DNA of 64,000 bases from positions 955,818 through 1,019,817 of the forward strand of contig NMRA01000077.1 in assembly GCA_002633005.1 (NCBI GenBank). Direction: 5' to 3'. Below are positions 39,268 through 52,493 of the stretch, piece by piece (position 1 is the stretch's first letter; the number at the start of each line of letters is the position of its first letter). The notes below the pieces were generated by a model. It searched no databases and was not told where the DNA came from. It was given only the letters and a program-made list of their open reading frames with translations. Position numbers and translations under genes: made by a program. This stretch comes from Phoronis australis. Taxonomy: Eukaryota; Animalia; Phoronida.

Positions 39268-40268
39268 GTAGGTCAAAGGTTAATGTCGTCAGACACCTCA
39301 TGCGGCCATACACTAATGAAATTAACATTCCTTGTTNATCCTGTTATGACCCCCTTTGTTATTTGTAGCAATTTTTATGATCAAAATATTAAAATCATGT
39401 AGGATAACCAGGTCAAGTCAAAATCAAACTCTACAAACAAAGAGGTTAAATCAAATATGGTAATCTCTCCAGATTACGACCATGAAAATTAATTATAATT
39501 TTCAACTGGTTGTAACTTAGAAATACCAGGTGTGTGATCTTGTGGTGTTTGTATATTGAAGAATGTTGGGCAGGGTACTCCGGGCTTGTGTTCGTATTTC
39601 AAGAGAGGTAAAAAATTACCATAAAAACACATGCTGACGACAACAAATCAGAGCTTACAAGTATATGGCTCATCTAAGAGTCGAGCATACAATTACCGAG
39701 ACTCATGAAAGTTAAATGGCGATGGCCCTTAATCATGAAAATTTAACAACTCCTCGGTGACGTGCGCGTGGCCATTTAGCTGAAGACATGCAGACCTGGA
39801 ACTGTTACCGGGGCACTCTACTTCTGAGTTTAGATGAACAGTGAATTGTGTAGGGAACCCGCGAATGGTTAACGACCCGCCATTCACCACGCTCCGCGAC
39901 ACTCCAGTGGATGCCGCACGCTCTTTCAGCGACATGCTTTCTAATAATTAGGTAGCGACTTTTGTGGGAGCAGACTGCATTAAATACATGTCTGAAATGT
40001 AAATTTTACAAAATAATGCTATTCATTATATTAACAAAAGCAACGTGGAGGGTTGAAATGCGCCCACCAATGCACCAAGTAATTTACCATATTGCCGTGC
40101 CTTTAGGCCCATGGGCCTATATCCGAAATAATGCTATTTTTTGTGGCTTTTTTGCACCCAAGTGCTTCGCTTATTCGCGGATGTGCCCAAGTTTCGCATG
40201 TGAGCGCATTTCCGCACGTATGCACGTATTTGTTGAATGTGTAATGGCTGCAGATGCGGAATTCTTAA

Positions 40269-40612
40269 AGGAGAATGCCACCCAAAAAACAACCCATTTT
40301 GTATCAATTTAGATAGAGTAGTTCTACTCGATAACGGCACGTTCGGTTGCGTTACCCGACACCTGACGGCAGACGGAGGTGTTGAAATTATCCAATGACG
40401 TAATTGGTTTCACACACAGTCTGTTCAGCAGTTCACAATATGGGTTACTGGTGTCAGATTATCGCTTGAATTCATCAATAAACAATCAAACTTCAATATA
40501 AAACCCTTAAAAATATACCGAGTTCTTATAAAAACATGTTGTTTAATATTTGGCTGTTACGGATTCGTTGGTATTTGGACACACTGTAGACTACTAAGTT
40601 CGGCAGGCCAAG
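40269..40612 (+). mobile_element. 5' fragment of the same Kolobok-like family as 17489
   Basis: TTAA+AGGAGAATGCCACCC, with about 340 bp collinear with 17489-17860. Confidence 0.8.
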
Positions 40613-40744
40613 GTCCATAGCAGGGCTTTATCCAGGATTTCAAAAATAGGGTGTCCAAAATGGGGTTCCTAATATTCCAGGGCGTCCATGATTCCGACAC
40701 GTAACCCCCCAACCCCAGCAATACCCCCACACAGATTTTTTATA

Positions 40745-41803
40745 CGCAAAAATGCATTTTTTAAAATTTATCTCTGTATCTTCAAAGGTCCTCAACATAT
40801 TTTCATAAAATTTTGCATACAGGCATCTGTTAATGAGGTGATGCTATCGTTCTGTTTTCAGATGATTTCGACCTAGTTTGCGCCACCTAGTGGCCATTTT
40901 TACTGTTTTCGAGTCTGTTTTTTGGCGCCCACTCATCTATCAACCAAACCGTTTTCAGGATAATTAATGTGAAAATTGGCATGTATGTTTTTACTATGAA
41001 GTGGACGAATGACGATTTTTTGACAACTTTGTTTACTTGTGCGCCTCCTAGTGGTAGTTTTGTTTTTTTTTGCGCTCATGGCTGTATCTCCTAAAGTGTT
41101 TACAGGATCTTTATTTAATTTAGCAGGTGTATTTATATGATAATGACTACGGACAGCGACGACTTTCGGACAGATCTGATTACTGATGTGCCCCCTAGTG
41201 GCAATTTTAGTTTTAATGTTTAACTCTGTATCTTCAAAGGTCCTCAACAGATTTTCATAAAATCTTGAATATAGGCATCTATTGGGGAGATGACGCTATC
41301 ATCCTGTTTTTGGATGGAATTGAGGTACTTTGCGCCACCTAGTGACCATTTTTACTGTTTTCAAATCTTGTTTTTGGCATCCACCCCTCGGTCATATATG
41401 TTTTCAGTGTGAAGAGGACATTTGATGATGGTGACTGACTACTGGGGCGCCTCCTAGTGGTAGTTTTGTTTTGTTTTTCGCCCATAGCTGTATATCCAAA
41501 ACCCACTGCAGGATCCTTATTAAATTTAGTAAGTGAATTTATATGAAGATAGCAGACGACGACTTTCAGGCGGATTGAACGGACAATGTGCCCGCAAGTG
41601 GCAACTTCATTTTGTTCTGTTTTCCTTTATTTCTCTGAAGTTCCTTGACAGATTTTTATGAAATGTGGCATGTTCCCGTTTTTGGATGGATTGTACATTT
41701 TTGCGCCGGCTAGTGGCCATTTATGATACAAATAAATAACCCTAAAAGCACACCATTTGCGATGCATTGGTGGGTGCATTTCAACGCTCTGCGTTGCTCT
41801 TGT
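40745..41803 (-). mobile_element. HINE-like repeat copy
   Basis: Reverse complement of the ACAAGAGCAACGCAGAGCGTTGAAATG start and of the internal modules. Confidence 0.8.
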
Positions 41804-44800
41804 ATGTTGCAGTTACAGTACGGGGTGCTGTCAATACGAAATAAAAAAAATTGCATTATACAAGCTTTAGTTTTAAGATAAAAAACACGCAATAAAACTA
41901 AACTAGTGAATTCTTCGCCTGCTGCGTTCAAGTAAAATTTGAGTATGCTTTACAGAGAAATGCTCTCGTTTCCATTGGAATATCGTGTACAAAATAAATT
42001 TCCTTCTCACTATAAGTGCAAAGACAGACGAACAGTTGTTTGAAGGCATGTCGTACCAAACTTGACGACTGATCAAATGAAAAGCTAATAATTAAATCAT
42101 GCACTAAGTGTGTGTGGTAAGACACTGCTTCCACTCCTTATTTTGGGTGTGCAACGACGTTCGAGTCATTCTAGTCAAGGACCAATATCACCTGAACTCT
42201 TGTGTCAGGCTCATGTATTTGAATGGGGTGTGTGCACATTTGCTAAATAAGGCACTCATATGTTGGCAATCAAATCCATGCAGGTCAGTAGGACACTCAA
42301 GCCCGGTGAATGTTCTCCCCTCCACCGGGTCAGCTTGCAACTTAGGCGTCACAGCTAGTCTCTGTGTTCGTATAACAAAAAAAACATTTAACGCCATATC
42401 AAAGATTTATATTTTTGGTTAGACCCACTTGGCTGCAAATAGTCAATGATTTCCAATTTGAAAGAAGGCTGGTGTAGTCCCAGTGACAACCAGTCGAATA
42501 AGTTGGAATTAGTCACAGCGACTTGATTGACTGGTAGAAACCACACACATGATTGATCTTTTAACACAACATCTCGTGGGCAAGTGAACAACTTTAATCT
42601 CTAAGCCAGAGAGTGAAAATATGTTACCGCATTGTTACAAAAACAAACTACGGTGAACCTTGAATGCACAGAGTTTCCAGAAGCACACATAATACTGGTC
42701 AAGGGGATGCGTTCAGTTCGTACCCTGATATACAGGGAGGTTAACATTTTTTGTTTTTCGTCATGTTGTCAGTGCCAATCAAATAAGTCTTTGTCTCGCA
42801 TGTCACTTTCCCAATCAGCAAAAGCATTACCTTATGTACGTAACATATTTATGCGACATGGCAGATACGCGCTCAATGACATTGTCGGTTATCGCAAATG
42901 TTGCACGCTGTTGAGATCGCCGCCAACATACGCCTTTCAACAAAGGAACAAATGTTGCACACTGTTGAGATTGCCAACATACGCCTTTCAACAAAGGAAC
43001 AAATGCCCCGTTAGCGTTACATTTTAGTGTTGCTGTGTGTAAGGGAAGAAATATAATCTTCCGCGAGTTGATTACCGTTGGTATTATAGAAAGGGCTCGG
43101 AGTGCCAGTCTTCACTGGTGGTACTTTCTAGAGGGGAAAAAATGAAAATGGTGAATAATTTTTGGTGGTCGTAGAGTTTGAGTGGACGAAATCTAAAGAG
43201 ATTACCGTATATAGAGATGAATTAGCATGCCAATGATACTCTTCTTACCTCAAAATACAGCTTCTGCCTTTGGTAATTCGCCCAATTATGTTTGAGACCC
43301 AGGAGATTTAATGAGACGCATAATATGGAACATTGTTCAAACGTTTTAAATTGTAACACATGCGCACACCCAGCCTGAAATATAGGGGGGCTCAAATTTT
43401 TGAGAATGTGGATCTTTTACTGAAAAACAGCAACGGGGACTAACAAAAAAATGGGGACTACAAACTTAAGGGTAATGCATTCAGAGCTATGAATTGTGCA
43501 TTTGTGCCGAATTCCTGCCTTTTTAGTGGGGTTTTGTCTAGTTTTCTTTAATGTTTTATTTCTCTTGAGGCCTACTTTTTTGTCCACTTCGCCAAATGGG
43601 AGGCTCGTTCGAGCCCCCTCCTGGGTGCTCACATCGAACAGTCACATTTCTTGTCCGATTTTCAAAATTCAAAAACCTAATCACATGTAGTTTTCACAAA
43701 CTATTCAAATGTGCTATTTGGAAACTTCCAAACAGAAAATTTGAAAATGCTATTGTCACCCACAGTGTGTTAATGATGGGTCTGATTATCAAGAGGATAA
43801 CATGAGCAGCTGAAGGCAATGTCTTTAACTTCAGTAGCGTGGCGTTTTCATCAATGCGGCAGATTTTGAGGTGTGCAAACTGGTTGAACTGACCAATCTT
43901 GACTGGTGAGGCTGTCGACTTAGGATTCTTTTCATGGGCTCGAAGTTATTGATTAAAGCCTAACTTCAACGGAATTATGTTGTTTTAGATGTATTGGGCT
44001 AACCAGATAGTCCTGGCAAAGCCTTAGTAGGATAAATGCGAGTTCAATCACGCAAATGAAAGCCCGTCAAATGATAGGTGAAGCTGCCATGTTGCATCAC
44101 CGCGAGATCCCAGCACAAACCACCAAAGGTCGATAACAGTTGTATTGAACAGGAGTCTGAATAGAATGCCATTGGGTGTGGGTGTTATTTGCAGCTGTTA
44201 GAATTAAAAGGTGATTTTCGCAGTGATGTAGACAAAAGCTAGCCAATAAGCCCAACAGTTCGTTTTATTTGGCAATTTATGGCCTTGGTGGTCTCAGAGT
44301 GATGCTCTTAACATACTGGAGGAACCAAATTTACAAGACAGTGGTACTGTTCGAGATAGGCTTTAATGAACTCCATTTGGTCTAAAGTATAAGGCTGTCC
44401 TCATAACCACATTCTGCCTTCATACCTCTTGATCAGCATATGTTGGTCCTTGAAATAATTTAATTTCTACTTTTCATTGATGGATGCACACTGTTTGCTA
44501 CCAAAATAATGGTTTCATTTTAAAATGTTTCTTCAAATTGCAAATAAAGTGTTTCAAGTAGGGCACACTTTTTTAAATCATGATATTCCTAAAAATGACT
44601 ACCGGATATGTTATGGTGGTATGTCTTGGCATAATTATACTGTAGCTTTGTGGGTAGCGAACTCGATTTGAAAAGATGAAAACTTAACGAAATTAAAATT
44701 TCTCAAGTTTTCATTCTAGACAAAAAAATCATACAACTGCAAATATCCAAGCACCGTTTTTGTAAGTAATATGGCTCTCTGTGACCACTTAGGATTTGGA

Positions 44801-44900
44801 AAATGTTCGAGTTCATGGATTGGCACTTAAGACCCTTAAAAAGATACATAGTGAATTTGATTCAAAATAATCCTCAAAAATCATTATTTTGTCTTTACAG

Positions 44901-44969
44901 GTAGAAAAAGCATGGAATCTTTTGAATCAACGGATTTCCAACAACACAGATACCACTAGCAAGATGTAA
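44901..44969 (+). CDS. COASY: COASY last exon (VEKAWNLLNQRISNNTDTTSKM*)
   Basis: tttacag acceptor; QVEKAWxLL is the conserved COASY ending. Total CDS 1611 nt. Confidence 0.92.
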   Translation, partial: VEKAWNLLNQRISNNTDTTSKM

Positions 44970-45407
44970 TTTTTCATGTGCGGTCTGAGTTCGAAGTTGA
45001 ACAAAATCATGTGCTCAAGATCTTCCAGGACAAGAAAATACATGACCATCAACTGTCAATTGGAGTATGGGGACTGATATCAGCTGACAAATGCCCAAGT
45101 ATTTTAGTACAACGATTACAACTAAGTATCTTATCTATGCAAACGCAGTAGCCACTGATGAAAGCTTGCTTTTCTAGTGACATTAACAAATGGGAATTGG
45201 GAAGACCTTAATTAATTTTGTGTGGTCATGCGTCGCAGGTGAACTGTCCACTTTGAGCCGTCTCGGTCCGCGCCGTTGTGGCAAACATATGCTCATATTT
45301 GAATGATGCACTAGCGCCCCTACGGGCATAATAACTGATGGAAGGACGAGCTGCTTATTGATAACAACATTCAAGATTTCCATTTCTGGATACAAACATT
45401 TGTGGTG

Positions 45408-45506
45408 AATAAACCAGATTACTTGCGAACACCGGAAAATGTGGAAAGTGGAATGAAATTATATGTGCTAATAAAAATCTTCTGAGATGTAAAAGTATAA
45501 TTTATT
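45408..45506. terminator. Convergent polyadenylation signals
   Basis: AATAAA on + at 45408 and 45470 (COASY) and on - at 45501-45506 (unknown gene). Confidence 0.45.
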
Positions 45507-45613
45507 TTGATATTGTGGCACACCGCAGTGTAGTTTGTTAAGTTATTCCACTAAGCACAAGTTTCAATTATGAGAAAAACTGAAGCACTGTCGTAAAAGT
45601 AATGATGATTTCA

Positions 45614-45731
45614 TTATAACAAGCATGGAATCCACCAATACCACTGTTTATTACAAACACAAGCATCTCGCGTCTTTGACTGATGATTCTTCGTCCAGGA
45701 TTTCAAAATGCCATCCACATTGAACTTAAAT
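45614..45731 (-). CDS. Unknown gene, last exon (KFKFNVDGILKSWTKNHQSKTRDACVCNKQWYWWIPCLL*)
   Basis: tgcag acceptor in phase 2, open to TAA, AATAAA about 110 nt downstream. Confidence 0.62.
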
Positions 45732-46854
45732 CTGCACTAAACAGGTGTTCAACAAACCACAAAAGGTTTTTCTCTGTTAACATGCAAGTCTCTCAAAATG
45801 ACGTCGCTGATAAATTCCCCAGCCACAGATGGTCATAACACCTTAAGAGTGATGTACGGCTCACAGCAACCAAAAATGCCCAGAGGGGTGATCAACCCAG
45901 TGTCACGGATTTGAATCGTACTATGCAAATTAGTAGGGATGATAAACAAAACAGTAAAGTCCAATCTCATTTTACCTTGTTTAAGGGGGAGAAATCAGGC
46001 AGCCTCTATTTTGGGGGTATACCATGCAATGGACTCACCGAAAATGCATAATAAAAAATACAGGTGCACAAGATCATTATTTGTTTGTAATTTTTAAATA
46101 AAGGAAGTCTTCGGCTTCACAAAGATGTTAAACAATGCTCGTTAACTCTGCCACTAAGTTCAAAATTTCAGGCATAAATTATAGAGGGGTCAGAGGTTAA
46201 CAACGCATTGCAATTTCACCACACTTAGAGCCCACATATCTCAGCTGGCACAACACTGATCAACGGCACACTTTTACGCAAGATGTTTCTATCTCAGTGA
46301 TGTTGATTGATACAATAAAATCTTCTGGCACTGAGCAATTTCCTATAGGAATCGCAAGATTGTGACAACCACCTGAGTGGAAATTACCTTCAATACTAAT
46401 ACCTGTTTGGAACACTACAGCACCAGTAGAGTGCATAGTTTTGATTCAAAAGTTGTTTTATTAATATTTATAGTTTAGTGTCATTGAGTCAGGCGCATTT
46501 GTTTAAAGTATTTTTTCAATTTTCATTAAAATTCTGCTTTTTTCGTGAACCCAGTGTCCAACAACATGTGTCACTTTAGTGGTGGCAAAATGGTTGATGA
46601 TCCTGACTTGCAGTGTTAACTGTTATAATGAAGTGTGATGAAGTGTGTGGGTCCTCAAAGGAATATCCTCTGCACGTGTGAAATCTTGTTCACCGGACTT
46701 GTGTGACTGTGTCCAAGGCAAGGGCAAGACACCGGCCTCATCTTGGAATTCTACGGAAACCAAGTAAACTGTGCAAACGCCCATTTCATTCGCAGTAGCT
46801 CGCGTGCCAAACCTGAAGTGGGGATGCTGGTTGAAATGTTTAAAGTCAACTTAC

Positions 46855-46903
46855 TTCCACTGGAATTCAACAATGTCAATGCATGTGTTCTTTCCTGTCG
46901 GAT
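46855..46903 (-). CDS. Unknown gene, exon B (DPTGKNTCIDIVEFQW)
   Basis: ttatcag acceptor in phase 1, AA|GTAAGT donor in phase 2. Confidence 0.62.
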
Positions 46904-47855
46904 CTGATAAATACTGTTATTACTTTATTTGAAATTAAAGTCATAACATGATGGTAGCATTTTGGCGGTAATAATCAGTTTTATGGATACCTGATTTGAG
47001 AACCACTAGAGACAACAATTGTTTTTCTAATACAGTACCCTGCAGTGCAAGTTAGGTTCTCCTATCAGGAAATTCACAAACTGAGTGACCATGCGTGTAT
47101 CATAAAAATGTAACAACAATACTGTCTCGTTTTTGAACAGTATAGACAGCTTTTCGTTGTGCCCACTGGTGAAATTCAGTAGTGTTATGCGTATATCACT
47201 GTAAACAACTGATGAACAGTCTTGAGTTCCAAAGTCAAATGATATACCTGTCCTGTTGCCGTTGTTGGAGTCTAGGCTTGCCTAGAGCTATTCAGTCCAC
47301 TTACTAGTAGTGTCTTGTGTTAGTTATAAGTTTAGTCTGAGATTATGTGCATCTAGTGGCCACGTGTTGCAAGTGGAAAATACAATATCTCATTGACTTT
47401 CACTTTTCAATGACCATTATTGTTGTTATGAGTCTTCTTTTTAGTTCATTACAAGAAGAATTTTCCCTATGAGATGAATGCTGTAGTCATGTCATTCTAA
47501 ATTCCAGTTTTAACTGACAACCTGCATGCCACAATTTCTTTTCACTTCGGCTGTCAGTGAATTATGTAATTCTTGAAATCATAGTATGTCGTTCTGAGTC
47601 CCACTATGTCGACATTTAGGATCTGGATTATATCCTCTTGATGGCCAAAGGAATCCGGTCAAACTGGCAAAAATAAATCAAGTACCCAGTGTTTTTTCTG
47701 GTTGTACTTAGTCATTTTACATATTGCATGCCATAGGTCAAATGAATTATCTCAGCTAGAATCATTGGATCACTCAGAGGCAGTCACACCTGTGTAGTGG
47801 CTGAGCTCTGCGAAGTTCCACAAAAGGTGTATAATTCGAGAGTGCTACAAACTAC

Positions 47856-48002
47856 CTGTCATTTTCAGAAAGCAGAACAACAAAGCAGACCCCGCAAGAA
47901 CTGCACAGGCGATGAAGACGGATAAGTAGTTCAGGGAGGAAGGTTGGCTGACACCACAGCAGGATAAAGATTTCTTTTCAAGCTTGGCTGCCTTGAATTG
48001 TG
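47856..48002 (-). CDS. Unknown gene, exon A (QFKAAKLEKKSLSCCGVSQPSSLNYLSVFIACAVLAGSALLFCFLKMT); may be partly 5' UTR
   Basis: Branch-like CTGAC, pyrimidine tract and CAG acceptor; open frame with a 21-aa hydrophobic stretch; phase-1 donor G|GTAGTT. Confidence 0.55.
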
Positions 48003-49683
48003 CTGAAAAATGGTCAAATTTGGGAGATAATGAAGTTGACAGTCAGTGATGTCTAGGAATACTCTGGATTTCATCTTCGCCCGAACATTGTACAATCCGT
48101 TGGGTTGCCTGAGTGATTTAACCAGTTGATATTGATGTGATATTGTAGAAAGAGGTAAATGCAAAATGCAATATTGTATCACATGTTGTGATCTTGTCAG
48201 TAAAAATTAGGATATTTAGTAGGGGGTTCTGGTTGAAACTTTGTTGTCCAATTTATTCAAAGATGCTGGTATTTCAGTTTTCATCTTTCAAATTCATATT
48301 ACACTCAACCTCACTTAACTAACTTATCTGAGTGGTGACTTATGTACAAGCTTAAGGAAAGGTGGTGACTTAGGCAGACTGCTGAGTTTCAGGTAGCATA
48401 TGTGATGACAAGTTTAGGGAGAGGCCCTGTATTTTGAAAGGTTAACTTTGGGAATGTCATACGTGAATCAGTTTACTGGCATTTAGATCAAAGAACACAT
48501 TTAGACATCTCGTTTTTCCATGCTACTTTGTATAAATTAACTGGGCGATGAGTGTTAAACCAGATTCTAGTAGCATTAAATATCACTTTTTACTTTAAAG
48601 TGGTCCGCTATTGTATATACCTACTAAGGAGTTACAGTATGGGACGAGGAGATACATGTAAGCGAGATCACATGTATTTTGAACAGTTAACATAAGAGTG
48701 TCATATTTGAGCCAGTCCATTAGCACTTAGATCAGTTACCTTATTTAGATATCTCTGTTGTGATTTTGCCTAAGGAAAGTTGAGAGTCTTGCTATTAAAG
48801 AACCCCAAAGACGACTTAGGAATTAGAACCCAGTGTGCATGAAGCTATATTTTGAACTGGAGACTGTTTCAAAGTTTATATGCTGTATATTGTTTGTCTG
48901 CTGACAAGTCATGGAAAAACATGAGCTACAATACAATGCAATACTTGTCGTGTACTTATGGACTTTATACTGAAAGCAGCCTTTATCATCCTCACTTCTT
49001 TCATGTGACCTCTGTAGTGGATGAAAATCTGATCATGCTTCCAACAGGAGGCATTTATATAGTCAAGTAACAACTGATCACCTGAAACTGGATACCTTTG
49101 CCCTCTGGAGGACTGGGAAGTAATTTGAATTCACTTCTTTAAACTTCTCACAACTAGTCACACACACTTATTCAACTATGTTCCTCTGCGCCTCCCACTA
49201 AGCCTGGTCCATTCGCAAACATGCTCTTAATCGTCAAGATTGTTACGGGGTTGTATTGTTTTATAGCTCGCCTTATCAAGAAAAATTTAATAAACAAAAT
49301 ACTGTCCGCATAGACTACATACAGCATAGAAAAAGATTTCTCAACTTGTATCGGAGTTCACTAAATAAAATTAAGAACAAACTTCCAATGTTCTGTACCA
49401 TTCCCTATGTTATTGACTAAGACAGTTGTTATATTAAACAAAATGTTTTTAAACATTAAAATATGTTATTCTGTAACGTAGATTATTCCTAGAACACTTA
49501 TTTGAAGCTGGTACACAACTTCCTTCAAACTGTTGTCTGCTCAGATGATACATTATTTCTGGGCTTGGGAAGAAATGAGAGTTCATTACTGCCCGAGGCT
49601 TGGCTCAGCATTTCATGGTGGGTCATTGTATGGCTTGAGCAAGCTCTTGAGCATAAAAAATTGTCACTTCTTCCCAAGCTCAG

Positions 49684-51194
49684 AACAAGAGCAAGGCGGA
49701 ACGTTGAAATGCGCCCACGAATGCATCACAAACGATGTGCTTCTACGGGTGTATATTTGTATCATAAAAGTAGCCACGAGATGGTACAAAATACGTCTAA
49801 TCCATCTGAAAATGGGAAAATGTTGTTGTTTATTTAAAAAAGGCGATTAACCAAATTTCATAAAAATCTATCGAGCAACTTCAGAGAAACGAAGGAAAAC
49901 AAAAATAATGAAATTGCCCCTAGGGGGCACAGCGTTCGCTAGATTTGTCTAAAAGTCATCCTCATCCGCTGTCAACTTCATATAAATACACTTGATAAAT
50001 TTAATAAAGATCCTGCAGTAGGTTGAGGAGATACAGCTATGAGTGCAAAAAAAACTGACACTAGGAGGTGGCACAACTGTCTAAGTAGTCACAAAATCAT
50101 CATCAACCGTCACACTAAGAACACATATGCCAATTTTCAAAATCATCCTTAGAGTGGTTGGGTTGATAGAGGGGCGGACGCCAAAAACAGACTAGAAAAC
50201 AGTACAAATGGCCACTAGATGGCGCAAAATATGTCGAATCTATCTGAAAACAGGAACATTTCATCGATTTTTAATAGAAAGGAATCTACTAGATTTCATA
50301 AATATATTCGCAAAGGAACTTCAGAGAGACAGGAAAATGTGATAACATGAAATTCCCACTAGGTTGCACAGCCTTTGTTGGATCCATCTGAATATTCGTC
50401 ATTCTCCGTTGTCAACATCATACGAATAAAATTGCTAAATACCTCAAATCTATCCGAAAACGGGAGAATAGCTTTACATAGATGCCTATATATTCCAAAT
50501 TTTATGAAAATCCGTAGAAGACCTTTGAAGATACACAGAGAAACCTAAAACAAAATAAATTTGCCACTAGGGGGCACACCGGTAGTCAGATCTGTCCAAA
50601 AGTTGTCCTCGTCCGTTGTCAACTTCATATAAATACACTTGCTAAATTTACTAAAGATCCTGCATAGTGTTACGGAAACACAGCCATGGGCACAAAAAAA
50701 CTGCCACCAGGTGGCACCACAGTATTCGAAGTCGTCGGAAAATTATCTTCATCCGTCCTCTTCACAGTAAGAACATACATGCCAATTTTTACAGTCATTC
50801 TTAGAGTGGTTTGGTTGACAGAGTTGCAGACACCAAAAAACAAGACTCGAAAACAGTAAAAATGGCCACTAGGTGGCGCAAAATACCTCACATCTGTCTG
50901 AAAATGAGACGATAGCATCACCTAATAAATGGCTATATGCCAACTTGTATGAAAATTCTGAATGAAGACCTTTGAAGATACAGAGGTAACTGTAAAAAAC
51001 TAAAATTGCCACTAGCGGGCACATCGTTAGTTGGATCAGTCCTAAATATCGCTCATGCCATCCCACTTCTGAAAAGAACACAATTAAAATTTCATGAACG
51101 TACATCAATAGCACTTTGGAGCAGCGGATGCCAGACGGACAGACAAGGATGACAACATAATGCGTCCACATATCAAAATGTGGGCGCATAAAAA
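49684..51194 (+). mobile_element. Full-length Helentron/HINE-like element with internal tandem modules
   Basis: AACAAGAG start; ATGCGCCCAC / GTGGGCGCAT subterminal inverted repeat; internal duplicated modules; GACGGACAGACA and ATAAAAA end. Confidence 0.8.
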
Positions 51195-51372
51195 CTTGGA
51201 AAAGAACAAAGATAACACAATGTTAAGTGGTTTATAAGTAAAATTAGTCTCTTGGCGAATGATAATGTTTGTGATGGTGTTAAAGCCTGTGACGACTCGA
51301 GGGAAACAAATAAAATCTAACGTATATGTTTATTAATTAAGAAATACACTACACAGAATACAGGATTCCTCA

Positions 51373-51622
51373 GGGGCCTGTTCCAAGGAACTGACTTCAG
51401 TTTATTTTTGACTTAAGTTTAAGATTTCTCTTTACTTCCAAACTTTGAAACTTCCACATTCGATAAGTTAGTCAAAACTATGACAAAACTTATGTCAAAC
51501 ACTTAAGTCAAACATAAGATCTCTTTCTTGAATTGGTTTTGAGACAAATTTAACATTTACTTTTAAATTTACTAAAATTCAAGATTTGTCTTGGCTGAGT
51601 CAGTTTTGTTGGAACGCGACCC
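51373..51622. mobile_element. Small Harbinger-like MITE
   Basis: GGGCCTGTTCCAAGGAACTGAC...GTCAGTTTTGTTGGAACGCGACCC imperfect TIRs. Confidence 0.5.
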
Positions 51623-52393
51623 TGGCCTGCTGCCATGGAAGAACTGACCACGAGGTCTGGCTATCCATCACATGACCATCATATGTTACATAAATGATAA
51701 ATAAGAACACAACCTCTATGCAGTACTAGATAGGATACTACAAAGCCCCAAGCAGCTCCATAAATATGAAAACCATGGTATACCTTCACGTTTTGTAGGG
51801 GAGCCTTTTGTTTTTAATATCTTATGATGACTTTTAAGTTTGCAATTTCTGCTTGACCCAATTTAAGCTGAATAGGACTTTAAGAGCACAGTATGTCCGA
51901 TGCACTGAAAATACACAAACCCTTCAAACACTCAAAAAACCACACATCATAGCACTAAGATTAGATTGCATAAACATTACACCACCCACAAGAAACTAGC
52001 TCGTCGCACAGAGACCGATAGATAAGCGTAATCATTTTGCTTTTCTTTCTTATAATAAAGATAATGGTAAGCATTTATCGGTAACCAGCTGATGTGCGTC
52101 CAAGGTATTTTATCCGAGCGACCTCCATTGTTATATCCAACAAAGACGCAACAAAGGAAAACAATGGTAGTGCCCTACAGATGATAAACATGTGATGCGC
52201 TTACACCCATCGCAGGATCTCGCACGTTAAACAATCGCTTGCGACATCCATACGACGTCATTTGGCATGGGCACCTATTATTATATTTGTCCTTCCCCAT
52301 GACATGACTTAAGTACAAGGATTTGAATGTTAGTCTAAGATTGAGGTCACATCAAGTAATTATCAAACGATAATAGAAAGGACTGAACAACAT

Positions 52394-52493
52394 TTATTGC
52401 GACTTCTTCGAGAAGTATTCATTGCAGATCTTGTATGATTCCAGCCCCCCTACGTCAAATCGTCCAGTCAATGGTAGTGTATACAGAGGTAAT
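52394..52493 (-). CDS. Nucleotidyltransferase last exon (LPLYTLPLTGRFDVGGLESYKICNEYFSKKSQ*)
   Basis: RFDVG motif (equivalent to the W-x-D-x-G of NTP transferases); TAA overlaps an AATAAA. Confidence 0.9.

Noticed and set aside
48003-48110. In-frame TGA upstream of orphan exon A as selenocysteine or readthrough
   Set aside because: The TGA lies in a CTGAC branch-point-like motif before a pyrimidine tract and AG, so it is more simply intronic; no SECIS recognised.
48740-49152. Possible extra 5' micro-exons of the orphan gene (AKSQQRYLNK; CEKFKEVNSNYFPVLQRAK)
   Set aside because: Splice sites exist, but their phase-0 donors do not join directly to the phase-1 acceptor of exon A; unsupported.
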